From IMG/VR virus record IMGVR_UViG_3300036045_000316, positions 585 through 64,584 of that record: DNA of 64,000 nt. The stretch is one strand, 5' to 3'. Positions 29,783 to 39,636 of the stretch are shown piece by piece; the stretch's first letter is position 1; each line of letters starts with the position of its first letter. Under the pieces are notes generated by a model, which was given only the letters and a program-made list of their open reading frames with translations, did not search any database and was not told where the DNA came from. The translations under genes were made by a program, and so were the position numbers. This stretch comes from a virus. Taxonomy: Duplodnaviria > Caudoviricetes.

Positions 29783-30018
29783 TTGATTTGGCGGCGCGAT
29801 ATCACGAACACACCGACCTGACTCTGCCTGAACAGTTGGACCTGGGAGGGTATCCGCCTGCACTCGTGTTTCGCGCCGCCGAAATTGCCAAGCGGACAGG
29901 CAACTTACCCCACCCAGACGACATTTTGCGATTGCCCCAAAGATGGGTGCACGCTATCAGCCAGATTTTGTTGCTTTGGCAACTGACCGAGCCGAAGAAG
30001 TCTGAGACCAGCGAATGA
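29749..30018 (+). CDS. -1 frameshift extension of the chaperone (gpT-like)
   Basis: The -1 frame is open from the slippery site to 30018 (SRKRRQWKFSVVDLAARYHE...). Confidence 0.7.
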   Translation, partial: SRKRRQWKFSVVDLAARYHEHTDLTLPEQLDLGGYPPALVFRAAEIAKRTGNLPHPDDILRLPQRWVHAISQILLLWQLTEPKKSETSE

Positions 30019-32534
30019 GCGACAATCCAAGCGTACAGGGCGTACTCGAAATTGTATTACGCGGGGATCGGGAAGCCGCTGCGGGGCTTCAGCGCGTCCG
30101 GACCGAAGCGGAGCGCGTCCTCAAACTGTCCGATAACACCCGTCGAGATATTCGCGCCATTGGCGAAACCGCCAAACAATCGCCGCTACTCGGGCGAGAC
30201 TCATTTGCCAGCGCCGCTAAAGGGGCGGATGAACTCTCCAAGCGGCTGAAAGTAATCAGGACAGGTTACGGCGACCTCCGTAAAGAACTGCTACTGCTTG
30301 ATACTGAAGCCGCCAAGTCTGCCGCCGCACGAAAAGTCGCCGATCTGCGCGAGGAGGTAAGTGCGCGTGCCGCAGGCACAGTACGTAAAGGGCTATTCGA
30401 CAGTGCTCAACTGGCAGCGCAGGGGAATGTAAAAGGCGCAGCCAATGTCGCCGTCAACACCGCGCAGGCAGCCGCAGCAAACGCCTCGCTGACATCGGTA
30501 GTTGGCGCGTTTGGCTTAATTGGTGGCGCTGCTATTGCTGTTGCTGTTGCCTCGCGTCAATTCTTCCAGATTCTAGATCAAGGCAAAGCCGCCGTAACAG
30601 CCGCCGCGAACAGCCAGCGGTTGTATTATGAAACGCTGACCGAAGGCACAACCACAAGTATTCAGGATCAGATCAAGGCGCAAGAAACGCAAAAGTCAGT
30701 CACCGATCAGACGATCCGCGATTTGGAGAATGCTCGAAACATCGCCGCGCAGTCAGGCGGGGTGTTTGGTGACTTTCTCGTTCGCGTGGGCGACCTGACA
30801 GGGTACATGGGCGGCGTGTCGGCGGATGAGATTCAGCGCCTAAAAGACGAGTCGCTGCAACTGCAATTCAACATCAATGCGCTTAATTCTGCCATGCAAA
30901 GCAGCGAGGTTTCGGCGAACGACCTTAAAATCGCTGAGGAGAAACTAGCGGAAGAGCGCAAAAAGCTGAACGACTTCCTCGTCTCCGATTCCATTCGTGC
31001 TGCTACCGTTGAACTGGATTACCGTCGGCAGTTCAATAGTTACAGCAAACAAAGTGCCGACCAACTGCGCGACAGCGCCGCTGCTTTGCAGCAGCAGATC
31101 ACCGATCAGGAAGCCTATATTGCCATGTTGGAAACGACCACTGGCAATAATGAGCAGTTGGCGCAGGCGATGAATGCCGCCGCCGACCAATTGGCGGTGC
31201 TAAAAGACCTGCACACGGCGGTCACTGGCACACTGTTGCAGAATGCGCTGGCGGAGGAACGGCGTCTCAAGGTCATTAAAGACAGCACTTCTGCGATTGA
31301 GGAAGCCACACAGATTCGTCAATCGATCTCCGATCTCCAAAAACAACAAAGCGAAGTGCTCGAAGAACGTCGCCGCGCCGATGACCGCAACGCGCAGGTG
31401 AAGGCGCTGCAAGATCGCATCGCCACCGCGAAAGCAGTCGAAGCCGAGCAGGAACGCACTGCCCGCCTCGCCAAACTGCGTGCCGACGCCGTAAAGCAAG
31501 AGGGTGCAGACCGCGCCAAGCTGAACACGAACGTCAAGAAACTGAACGATAATTTCTTCGCTAACGAACTGAAGGCACATGCTGAATTCCGCCTGAGCGA
31601 ACAACGCATCAACGATAAGGCGGCATTGGAGCGCGTCCGCAAGCTGCAAGACTTGGAAGACGAACTCTCCGACCTCGCGGCGGGCGGCGACGTGGTGGCG
31701 TTCATCCGCGCCCAACGACAGGGGCTGAAGGACATCAATCGCACCGATGAAGATCAGGGCGTCGAACGCCGACAGCGCTTGGAAGACTTCCAATTGCAAC
31801 GGCAAGAAGCTGCCGATGCCCGCAACGCGCAGGTGCGCGACTTACTCGCTTCCTTCGAGGAAGATCGCCGCGTCCGCCAGCAAGAGAACGCCGAACGCAT
31901 CAATCAGGAGATCGCGGCGGGCAAGACGCGGGTGACGCAATCGGCATTGTTGGAGCAGCAACTTGCCGACCTGCGCGAACAATTCGCTGCTGACGATCTT
32001 GCCCGTACCCGCCAGCGTGAAGATGACGCCACGCGCACGCAACTGGAAGCCTTACGGAAACGACAGGCAGAACTTGCCCCACAGATCGCCAAAGGCGCGG
32101 ACCTCCTCGCCAATAGCGCGGTCAAATTCTTGGATCAGGTATCGGGCGGGGTGGTCAGCATGATCAACCGCATTCGCAACGCGACGACGGCACAAACGCA
32201 GTCGAAAGGTACGCCCCCCAAGCTGAAAGGTGGCATCCCGCTGAACTTTGAAGGCGGCATTTACACGCAGCCGACGATTGGCGCACTGGCGGAAACGAAC
32301 GGCTACGGCGACATGGTGATCCCCTTCCGCCAGTCGGAGGGCTTTTATCCGGCACTTGAACGCGCCATGCGTACTGCGGGGGGCGGTGGCGGACGCGCCG
32401 CGACGTTCACCTTCAACTACACCGTCGGCGATGTGGCGACGGAGACGCGCCTGCGCGAAGTGCAGCACCAGATCGTGGAGGATGTGGTGCGGACGCAGCA
32501 AGAAGCGCAGCACATCTTGCAGCGGGGAGCGTAG
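30015..32534 (+). CDS. Tape measure protein
   Basis: 839-aa A/Q/R/E helical protein; C-terminal GGIYTQPT...E...VIP motif. Confidence 0.9.
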   Translation: MSDNPSVQGVLEIVLRGDREAAAGLQRVRTEAERVLKLSDNTRRDIRAIGETAKQSPLLGRDSFASAAKGADELSKRLKVIRTGYGDLRKELLLLDTEAAKSAAARKVADLREEVSARAAGTVRKGLFDSAQLAAQGNVKGAANVAVNTAQAAAANASLTSVVGAFGLIGGAAIAVAVASRQFFQILDQGKAAVTAAANSQRLYYETLTEGTTTSIQDQIKAQETQKSVTDQTIRDLENARNIAAQSGGVFGDFLVRVGDLTGYMGGVSADEIQRLKDESLQLQFNINALNSAMQSSEVSANDLKIAEEKLAEERKKLNDFLVSDSIRAATVELDYRRQFNSYSKQSADQLRDSAAALQQQITDQEAYIAMLETTTGNNEQLAQAMNAAADQLAVLKDLHTAVTGTLLQNALAEERRLKVIKDSTSAIEEATQIRQSISDLQKQQSEVLEERRRADDRNAQVKALQDRIATAKAVEAEQERTARLAKLRADAVKQEGADRAKLNTNVKKLNDNFFANELKAHAEFRLSEQRINDKAALERVRKLQDLEDELSDLAAGGDVVAFIRAQRQGLKDINRTDEDQGVERRQRLEDFQLQRQEAADARNAQVRDLLASFEEDRRVRQQENAERINQEIAAGKTRVTQSALLEQQLADLREQFAADDLARTRQREDDATRTQLEALRKRQAELAPQIAKGADLLANSAVKFLDQVSGGVVSMINRIRNATTAQTQSKGTPPKLKGGIPLNFEGGIYTQPTIGALAETNGYGDMVIPFRQSEGFYPALERAMRTAGGGGGRAATFTFNYTVGDVATETRLREVQHQIVEDVVRTQQEAQHILQRGA

Positions 32535-32537
32535 ATG

Positions 32538-33491
32538 TTACTCCTTATCCTGCTCCCGTACCCACTCAAAATAATCCTCAATGCGTTTGAGGATTTGCTT
32601 GCCCTTAGGCGATCCGTATTTGCCGATCAGCCATTCGCGGGGATCGCGGTTGCTTTTGGAATTGTTGCAACCGTCTTGTCCCTGACACAACGGAACAATA
32701 TTCGTCGCCACTGTTCCGGGGCAAACAGGAGATGTAATAGGTATCCAATGATCAGCGGCAACCGTATGGAACAATCCGCGTATGGGTTTGCTACAAACCG
32801 CGCAAGTATGATTGAAATACATCAAGGCTCGATTCCAATCTTGCCCTCGAAGTGTATCGGGCAGTCCCCGCTTTCTTGCCGCACGCCGATGGTAGGTTGC
32901 CTTGCGGGCGCTCTGATAAGTACGGACACGCATTTGATCGCGCCATTTCCTTCTTTGGCGCACATCGGCGCGGGAATTATATCGGATATACCAATCTCTA
33001 TACTTAGGAGTTTGTCGCCACCGCCTTCCACGCTCTTTATATCTCTCCGCGATTTCGGGGCGCGATTGATAAAGGGCGCGAACGATCTTGCTTCTTTCAC
33101 GCACATGCGGTTGCTGTCGATAACCCTGCGCCCTTGCAGACACGAGGTTTTTGTTAGCAGCAAGCCATTTGTCCTGAATCGCTTTCACTCGGCTAGGATT
33201 TTGTCGTCGCCATGCCTTTACCCTTTTTTTGTGTTCGGCTTTGTGATTCTTGTAGTAACGCTGATTATATTCTCGCCGTTTGTCTGGATGAGCCTTCTGC
33301 CATTCTTCCTTTCTTTCATTTGCCAGTGCTGCATTGTTTTTTTGCCAGTCACTGGAAGCACGTCGATTACAAGCCTTGCAGAGCGCATCCCGCTTATAGG
33401 TGCAATGCTTCGCTCTAACCATTTGATCAAGTGGATACCAGTTAAAGCAGCGACGGCAAAACTTACCAATTGGAAGGGGGGCGTAGATCAT
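32538..33491 (-). CDS. HNH endonuclease (free-standing, antisense)
   Basis: N-terminal C..C...CKAC zinc motif, R/K-rich helical repeats, CAVC...ADHWIP...NIVPLC...CNNSK. Confidence 0.9.
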   Translation of the reverse strand: MIYAPLPIGKFCRRCFNWYPLDQMVRAKHCTYKRDALCKACNRRASSDWQKNNAALANERKEEWQKAHPDKRREYNQRYYKNHKAEHKKRVKAWRRQNPSRVKAIQDKWLAANKNLVSARAQGYRQQPHVRERSKIVRALYQSRPEIAERYKERGRRWRQTPKYRDWYIRYNSRADVRQRRKWRDQMRVRTYQSARKATYHRRAARKRGLPDTLRGQDWNRALMYFNHTCAVCSKPIRGLFHTVAADHWIPITSPVCPGTVATNIVPLCQGQDGCNNSKSNRDPREWLIGKYGSPKGKQILKRIEDYFEWVREQDKE

Positions 33492-33573
33492 AGCATCCTC
33501 ACAAATGCTGGCTCACAAATGGTGTCGGCAGACGTTATGAGTGCCGTTTCTTCGGGAGCTACCCTAGCCGACC
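33492..33573 (-). ncRNA. Candidate structured 5' leader RNA of the HNH gene
   Basis: Minus strand: GTCGGC...GCCGAC closing stem, two inner hairpins, a CTCA loop complementary to the GTGAGG RBS, and a TACAAT -10 upstream. Confidence 0.5.
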
Positions 33574-33601
33574 TCTTTATTGTACCTCAAGTGAGGGCAA
33601 A

Positions 33602-36600
33602 ATGGCTGTGACGCCCGCCCTCACGGGTACAGAACAAACGAATCTCTCGGGAGCAAGCACACGCAAGACTTATTTGGCGGTGGTGCCCGAGACGCAGGTT
33701 GCCACCGCGCAGATCAACGCGCCAAGTGGTCTGACTTTCCCGCTGGCGCAGCTGCCCGTTGATAACACCTCTGCCGGATGGTTGAATACCAAAAAAGGAC
33801 ATACTGTTTACATAGGCACAGCAGCGGGCGCAAGCGATGTAGGCATCTACCGCGTGCGGAAAGCGCCATCTGGCACAACGGCGCTTGACATCATGGAGAT
33901 CGGCGCGGCGGACGCGGGGGCGCTGGCAGTGCAGCAGCAAACCAAGATCGCCGACAATTTTCACGTTACTGTCGTACAGCGCTACGATATTTTCTCGGTT
34001 TTGCCGCGCATCCTATACAGTCCTCCCAGCACATCAGCCGTGTACGAAGATTATGACACCAACCCCTCGACGCTGATTCAGTACCCGACGCCCATCGTCA
34101 ACGTCAAGATCAACAACAGTCGCGGCGGTCATTTCTTCACCAAAGTCAGCGACGGCGCGATGCAAGCGATCACCGCCGTAATCACCTTGCAGCATTTCCC
34201 CACCAGCACCAGCGCCACCTACAGTTGGACGGTCCCCGCTGGCTGGACGGGGGTAGCGGGCAGCACGACGGCGACGCTGACCGCCACCGCGCCCGTCGGC
34301 AACTACGAACTGCGCTGCACGGTGACGCCCAACGTGGGCACGGCGATTGAGATCGTCAGGCGCGTACATGTGTATGACGACAGCACCAACCCGCCGATCC
34401 TGATCAGCCCGCCGACCAGCGACACGCGAGACCGCACCGGAAGGCGCGTCACTTTCTCCCTGTACGATGACGCCCTCGCCGACATCCCTGAGGGGGCGAT
34501 GTGCGCCCTGTTCGATGTCTGTACGTGGAACGGCACGACGGTGGAGACGGCGACGACGACCTTCGTCGGCTGGTTCACGCGCACGCGCTTCAACCTCGGC
34601 AAAGGCGTCAAGGACGCTGAACCGGAGATGGTCGGTCCGGCGGGACTGCTGGCGATGCTCGGCAACACGAGTCAAGAGTGGACCGGCGTGCCCGGTCTAC
34701 CCGTCAGTTGGGATCAGGTGCGGCAGGACTGCTGCAACCTCAATTTCCTGCTGTGGTGGCTGCTCAGTTTCCGCGCCGCCAACCTGCTCAAGTTGTTCAA
34801 CTATCACCCCCTCAGCACAGCGGCGACGAGCGCCCGCAACACCAAGTTTGAAATCGCCAAGGGGTCGCTGCTTGGTCAACTGCAAGGCTTGGCGCGGCGC
34901 TACGGCGAAGCGAATTTCGGCTGCAACAGCGGTGGTGAATTCTTCTTCGCCCGTCATCCCAATATGATCGCCGCCGCCTCCCGCGCCAGCGCCGTCGTCA
35001 CCCGCGACATACTGACCAACGCCAAGTATGCGCCGGGGGTCAGCTTTGAGAGCAACGAACGCCCTGACCTCCGATCCCTCGAAGGCGCAGCATTCTGGTG
35101 GGACGGCTTTTCGTCGCAGCCCGTCCCCTATCGCTCCATCGCGCCGCATAAGCCGGGGCAGGGCGTCGGCGAAGAAGAGATGAACGACCTGATCGTCGAT
35201 GGCAGCAGCCCGCAAGCGACGCTGAACACGCTGACCGGACTGCGCTATGCTTGGCGCAACGCCCGCACCCGTTCGGTGAGCCTGACCGTGCCGCGCAACC
35301 GCGATGCCTATGAACCTGCCGAGATGAGCTTCGTCAGCGTGACCATTCCAGCGGAGGCGCATCCGCTGGGCACGGCGTGGACGTTCAACGGCATCCCCGA
35401 CACGGTGAGCAAACGCTACTACCCGGGCGGCGCGACGGACATTGAGTTGACGTTGGAGGTGGAAAGCAGTGGAGCGGACGGCAAGACGGTGGCGATCCCC
35501 CCACCGGGTTCGCAGACCGACCCGAACGCGCCGCCCATTGAACCGCAGCCCCTCGACCCGCTGCCGGATTGGGGACCAGAAGTAGACCGCGATCCGGACA
35601 CGCAGGAAGTGATCTCGCCTGACCCCGACGCGCCCGCCGAATACGGGAAAGCCATCCTCGCCACGACGGAGGCGCATGTGGCACGCCTCGTTTTCCCCGT
35701 CGCCTTCACCAACATCAGCCCGTCCAGCAGCGTCAGGGGGTTGATCGGCAACGCGATTTTGCTGGAACAGGACGCCGCCGACTATAAGAAGATGTGGCTG
35801 TACTGTGATCGGGGGCTGATCTACACGGCGAACTGGCTGGCGACAGCGGTGAGTTGGCGGACGCCCGTGTACGCGGCAGTGGCGGCGGGCATTGATGATT
35901 GCGCCGTCTACGATGTGACCACCTACAACGCTGGCATTGCCAAAGGCTCTTTGCCTTACACCATAGCTGGACATGAGCCCTACGATCCGCTGTCCATCGG
36001 CACTTTTACACCGGGGACAGGATGGGTTGGCGAGAGCCAAAGCGACGGCGCTGGACACTACGCTTATGGTGTAACCATCAGTTTTACGCCCGCTTGCCCG
36101 CTCAAATTCGCCAGCTTCACGGCGGGGGTAACGGCTTCCGCCTCGCACGGTGTTTTCTTCGAGGTGCAATACCGTAAGATCGGTGAAGCGACGTGGACGG
36201 CGGGCAGCGGCGGCAGCATCACCGTTTCCAGCGGGGCGGGATCATACACGCGCACGGGCGTAGGCACTGGCTCGAATTACGCTGTGGAGATCATGATCAT
36301 CTTGCGCGTTGCTTATTCAGGTACACCGCCGCCCGCGAACACATTCACGGTCACGTCGATAGAGTTGCTCAACTGTGAATTCCAAGACTGCGACGCGCTG
36401 GACGCCTCGGAAACGCTGATCAGCGACTTCCGTTCCCTCGCCGATGTGAAGGGCGGCTATCTGTGGCTGACCAAGCGCACCATTGACGGCACGGCTTACG
36501 TCTTTTACAACCGCACTTACGACAATTTCGGTTCGGTACAGCGGGTGCAGGTCGCCCGCTATACAGCCAACATGACCTACAGCATCGCCGCTTGCAAGCA

Positions 36601-37255
36601 CAACCACCTGCTGGTTTATGTGTCAGCGGGCGATCCGTCGGCGGGTGATGCCTACGTCTACCAATCGGTGGATGGCGGCGGCACCTTCACGCGCACGGCG
36701 CGCAGCCTGAACACGCGGGGCGGCTTGCTGTATTGGAACTGGTCAACGGGGACGCCCAACGCCCGCAACAATGACCCCGCCTACCTGATCATCGGCATTG
36801 GCTTGGACGGCTCGAACAATTATCAGGTGTGTCGCGGCATCAGCGGTACGCCTGTGACCGTCGCCACCGGATCGGGCAAGTATCCGTTATCCAGCAGGGC
36901 GTTGTGGGTGGAGGACAGGGATCAGGATAACGCCTACCTCGTATTCCAAGACCGCACCACGTACAAAAGCACCAATGCATCCAGCAGCTTGACGTGGAGC
37001 GCCGTAACCAGCGTGCCCGGCGCGGGCACACCGCGCGCCCTGATGGGTTATCCCGCCGATCCGTCGTTCATCTACGCCAACGGCTTGAATGCGCTGGCGT
37101 ACAGCAAGGACAGCGGCGCGGCGTTCACCAACATTCAATCGAATTGGGACACCTTTGCCGATGCCACCTACGGCGCGGGCGTGGGCGAAACCATCGTCAG
37201 CGTCCTGCCCGACATCGCCACGCACTACCTCGTGCCTGTGACCGGAGGGACGTGA
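33602..37255 (+). CDS. Large tail tip/receptor-binding protein
   Basis: 1217 aa after the tape measure gene; Pro-rich hinge; Asp-box/BNR motifs SVDGGGTF and SKDSGAAF. Confidence 0.8.
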   Translation: MAVTPALTGTEQTNLSGASTRKTYLAVVPETQVATAQINAPSGLTFPLAQLPVDNTSAGWLNTKKGHTVYIGTAAGASDVGIYRVRKAPSGTTALDIMEIGAADAGALAVQQQTKIADNFHVTVVQRYDIFSVLPRILYSPPSTSAVYEDYDTNPSTLIQYPTPIVNVKINNSRGGHFFTKVSDGAMQAITAVITLQHFPTSTSATYSWTVPAGWTGVAGSTTATLTATAPVGNYELRCTVTPNVGTAIEIVRRVHVYDDSTNPPILISPPTSDTRDRTGRRVTFSLYDDALADIPEGAMCALFDVCTWNGTTVETATTTFVGWFTRTRFNLGKGVKDAEPEMVGPAGLLAMLGNTSQEWTGVPGLPVSWDQVRQDCCNLNFLLWWLLSFRAANLLKLFNYHPLSTAATSARNTKFEIAKGSLLGQLQGLARRYGEANFGCNSGGEFFFARHPNMIAAASRASAVVTRDILTNAKYAPGVSFESNERPDLRSLEGAAFWWDGFSSQPVPYRSIAPHKPGQGVGEEEMNDLIVDGSSPQATLNTLTGLRYAWRNARTRSVSLTVPRNRDAYEPAEMSFVSVTIPAEAHPLGTAWTFNGIPDTVSKRYYPGGATDIELTLEVESSGADGKTVAIPPPGSQTDPNAPPIEPQPLDPLPDWGPEVDRDPDTQEVISPDPDAPAEYGKAILATTEAHVARLVFPVAFTNISPSSSVRGLIGNAILLEQDAADYKKMWLYCDRGLIYTANWLATAVSWRTPVYAAVAAGIDDCAVYDVTTYNAGIAKGSLPYTIAGHEPYDPLSIGTFTPGTGWVGESQSDGAGHYAYGVTISFTPACPLKFASFTAGVTASASHGVFFEVQYRKIGEATWTAGSGGSITVSSGAGSYTRTGVGTGSNYAVEIMIILRVAYSGTPPPANTFTVTSIELLNCEFQDCDALDASETLISDFRSLADVKGGYLWLTKRTIDGTAYVFYNRTYDNFGSVQRVQVARYTANMTYSIAACKHNHLLVYVSAGDPSAGDAYVYQSVDGGGTFTRTARSLNTRGGLLYWNWSTGTPNARNNDPAYLIIGIGLDGSNNYQVCRGISGTPVTVATGSGKYPLSSRALWVEDRDQDNAYLVFQDRTTYKSTNASSSLTWSAVTSVPGAGTPRALMGYPADPSFIYANGLNALAYSKDSGAAFTNIQSNWDTFADATYGAGVGETIVSVLPDIATHYLVPVTGGT

Positions 37256-38424
37256 TGAATCCAGCGCAGCGCAAGGCTTACCTTGAGTCAATCGTGCAGA
37301 TGGGGCGATCCATCGGCTTCACCGAAGCCAGTCACGCCAAGCTGGGCTATGGCGACGGGTCGGGGCGCATCGTGGAGAATCAGACGCTGCGCCGCGCTTA
37401 TATTCATTACGGCGACAAGGGCAGCGAGACCGATCCGCGCGGCGTGGCTTATTTTCCGTCGTGGGACTGCGGTATTCCCTTCGAGGATAGCAAGATCAAC
37501 GAGGGATTGGACATTGAACTCCGCAAGCCACCGGATGGCGGGGTGCCTGAAATCTTCCGAATTCACCCCACAGGCATCCAAGCGAAAGGCGGCAGGACCG
37601 GCAGCGAGGAAAAGTTGGACATCGCCTTGCAGCCGTCCATCGCCCAATTGGGCATCTTGCGTCCCAGCGGCGTAGGCACGGACGCGATCATCGATGAGAT
37701 TTATCCGTATCGCCACCCCTTCACCGGACGGGCGAAGATCGCCGTCAACCCGTCGCTGGCATTAGCAGCGGACATCGCCGCGCTGACCGCTGGTCAACAT
37801 CAGGTCGCCTATGTGTACTTCGATCCGACGCGGACGAGTAACCAGCTGCAGCGCGTCTTGACGAGCGCCGCCACTGCTTCGTTCACGCTGCCCAGCGTCG
37901 CCAGCCGCGGCGAATTCGGCGCGAGCACGATCTACAGCTTGATGAACAGCGTCCCGGCGTTTTGCTACGACATTGGCGCGGTGTATCTGTATTACGGTCA
38001 GACGAGCATCGCTGAGGCGGATTGGTATCGCAAATACAATTCGCGGCGGGTGATCAATGAGCCGTTGGAAGCGATGGCGCGACTGACCACCAGCGACGCC
38101 ACGACGACGGATGTGATCGCCTTCGCGCTCAGCGAATTGCAAGCGGTGACGCTGACGGGTCGCTTCCTCGGCACCAAAAGCGACTACAGTGCGGCGATTG
38201 GCGGGACGTTCAGGGGGACGTGGCGGCGCGCTTCCGGCGGCAATGTGACGATGATCGGCTTAGGCACAGTGACTTCGGAAGAGGATAGCAGCGGCACCCC
38301 CGCCGTCACCCTCGCCGCCGATACGACCAACCAGACGGGCGATGTGCGGGTGACGGGCATCGCGGCGGAAACATGGACGTGGGTGTTGTGGTATCAGGCA
38401 GTGCTCATCAGTTCAGCGGCATAG
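37255..38424 (+). CDS. Minor tail/fibre protein
   Basis: GGAGG RBS, ATG at 37255; C-terminal TTSDAT...VTGIAAETWTW beta domain. Confidence 0.7.
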   Translation: MNPAQRKAYLESIVQMGRSIGFTEASHAKLGYGDGSGRIVENQTLRRAYIHYGDKGSETDPRGVAYFPSWDCGIPFEDSKINEGLDIELRKPPDGGVPEIFRIHPTGIQAKGGRTGSEEKLDIALQPSIAQLGILRPSGVGTDAIIDEIYPYRHPFTGRAKIAVNPSLALAADIAALTAGQHQVAYVYFDPTRTSNQLQRVLTSAATASFTLPSVASRGEFGASTIYSLMNSVPAFCYDIGAVYLYYGQTSIAEADWYRKYNSRRVINEPLEAMARLTTSDATTTDVIAFALSELQAVTLTGRFLGTKSDYSAAIGGTFRGTWRRASGGNVTMIGLGTVTSEEDSSGTPAVTLAADTTNQTGDVRVTGIAAETWTWVLWYQAVLISSAA

Positions 38425-38616
38425 TCGTTCTCCCCGGATCAATTATATGCGCCGCGCACAACTAATGCCGCCCTGTCTGCCGATGTAGCGGAAGAAGTGG
38501 GCGGCTACTTACCTTGCTCCTGACATACCCTTATTGTGCATTCTATGTCGCTGGTCGACTCTGATCCCACCAGCGCCGTAGGATGCATCACAAGCGGATC
38601 AGACGCGGATGAAGTC

Positions 38617-39636
38617 ATGCCCACTAGTTTTACCGATTTTGCCCAAGCAAATCCCGTGATCGCACTGCTGTTCATCGTCGTGCTGCTCGTTGGACCGGGT
38701 GGCGTTGTCGTGTTGTGGATGCAGCGTAAGCGGGACGTGGAGAGGTACGAGCGCGATTTGGAAAATGGGCGAACCGAACTTGCCAAGTTGCAAGAGCAAG
38801 GTGAGCAAGAGGCGCGGCGCGAACAGAGCCGCATGGCGTTGGAACTCTTGGACGCGCAGCGCACCTTCACAAGCGAATTGGCGGCAAATCGCAAGGAACG
38901 TGAAGCCAATGGCGTGCTCCTCAGCGGCTTTTTGGAGAATCAGAAAAGGCTGTCAGCGTCACTAGAGGAACAGCAAACGCTGCTCACGCGGATCGAAACG
39001 TCCATCGCTGCCGAATTCGACGTGCTGGACAGCGCTCAAACGCGCATGTTCGATGCCATTCGCGCCGCGCAGGAGCAGCACAGCGCCTCCTTTGAGCAAA
39101 CTCGTTCCGGCATTGGTGAACTGAGCGCCGAGATCGAAAAACGCTTTGACCGCATTGACCCGCACCTGCTGCAACTGAATAATCGCGCCTCGCAATTAGA
39201 ACGCTTGATCGCTGATTTGCCGAAAGCGATTGCGGCGACGAAGACAGATTTGCTGGCGGAAATGCACGAGGTCAGCAAGCGCCACGTCACCTTAGGCGAA
39301 CAACTGCGGAACACGGGCGATAAGCTGGATCGGCTGGACACGATTGCTACCGTCATTCAGTCAGCGGCGACAGGCATTTCCGCCGACATCAAACAGTTGA
39401 TCAAAAGTGGCACGGGACCATTGCCGCCTATCGACGAGATCATTGAACCAGCGGCGGGCGACGAGGACACCAAGCAACTGCCGATCACCAAAGCGGGGAT
39501 GGAGACGCCAAGCATAGCAGCGACTGTCGTTGGTCTTGACCCGCCACCAGACGCTCCGAGAAAACCCGCCCCGCCCAATGAGTCGACATTTAGCAAACCA
39601 CCTCCTCCTGACCGCAAAAAGAGCGAAGGGTTGTGA
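38617..39636 (+). CDS. Membrane-anchored coiled-coil protein
   Basis: N-terminal TM helix, long heptad region, Pro-rich C-terminus; starts the lysis block. Confidence 0.75.
   Translation: MPTSFTDFAQANPVIALLFIVVLLVGPGGVVVLWMQRKRDVERYERDLENGRTELAKLQEQGEQEARREQSRMALELLDAQRTFTSELAANRKEREANGVLLSGFLENQKRLSASLEEQQTLLTRIETSIAAEFDVLDSAQTRMFDAIRAAQEQHSASFEQTRSGIGELSAEIEKRFDRIDPHLLQLNNRASQLERLIADLPKAIAATKTDLLAEMHEVSKRHVTLGEQLRNTGDKLDRLDTIATVIQSAATGISADIKQLIKSGTGPLPPIDEIIEPAAGDEDTKQLPITKAGMETPSIAATVVGLDPPPDAPRKPAPPNESTFSKPPPPDRKKSEGL

Noticed and set aside
32535-33611. 358-aa + strand hydrophobic ORF as a membrane protein
   Set aside because: It is the antisense shadow of the K/R-rich HNH gene, which has clear motifs
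34697-36169. 490-aa minus-strand ORF (and similar long antisense ORFs in portal, GH5 and integrase)
   Set aside because: Expected shadow ORFs in high-GC coding DNA; no motifs
33602-38424. Diversity-generating retroelement acting on tail genes
   Set aside because: No reverse transcriptase and no TR/VR pair with adenine-specific mismatches was seen
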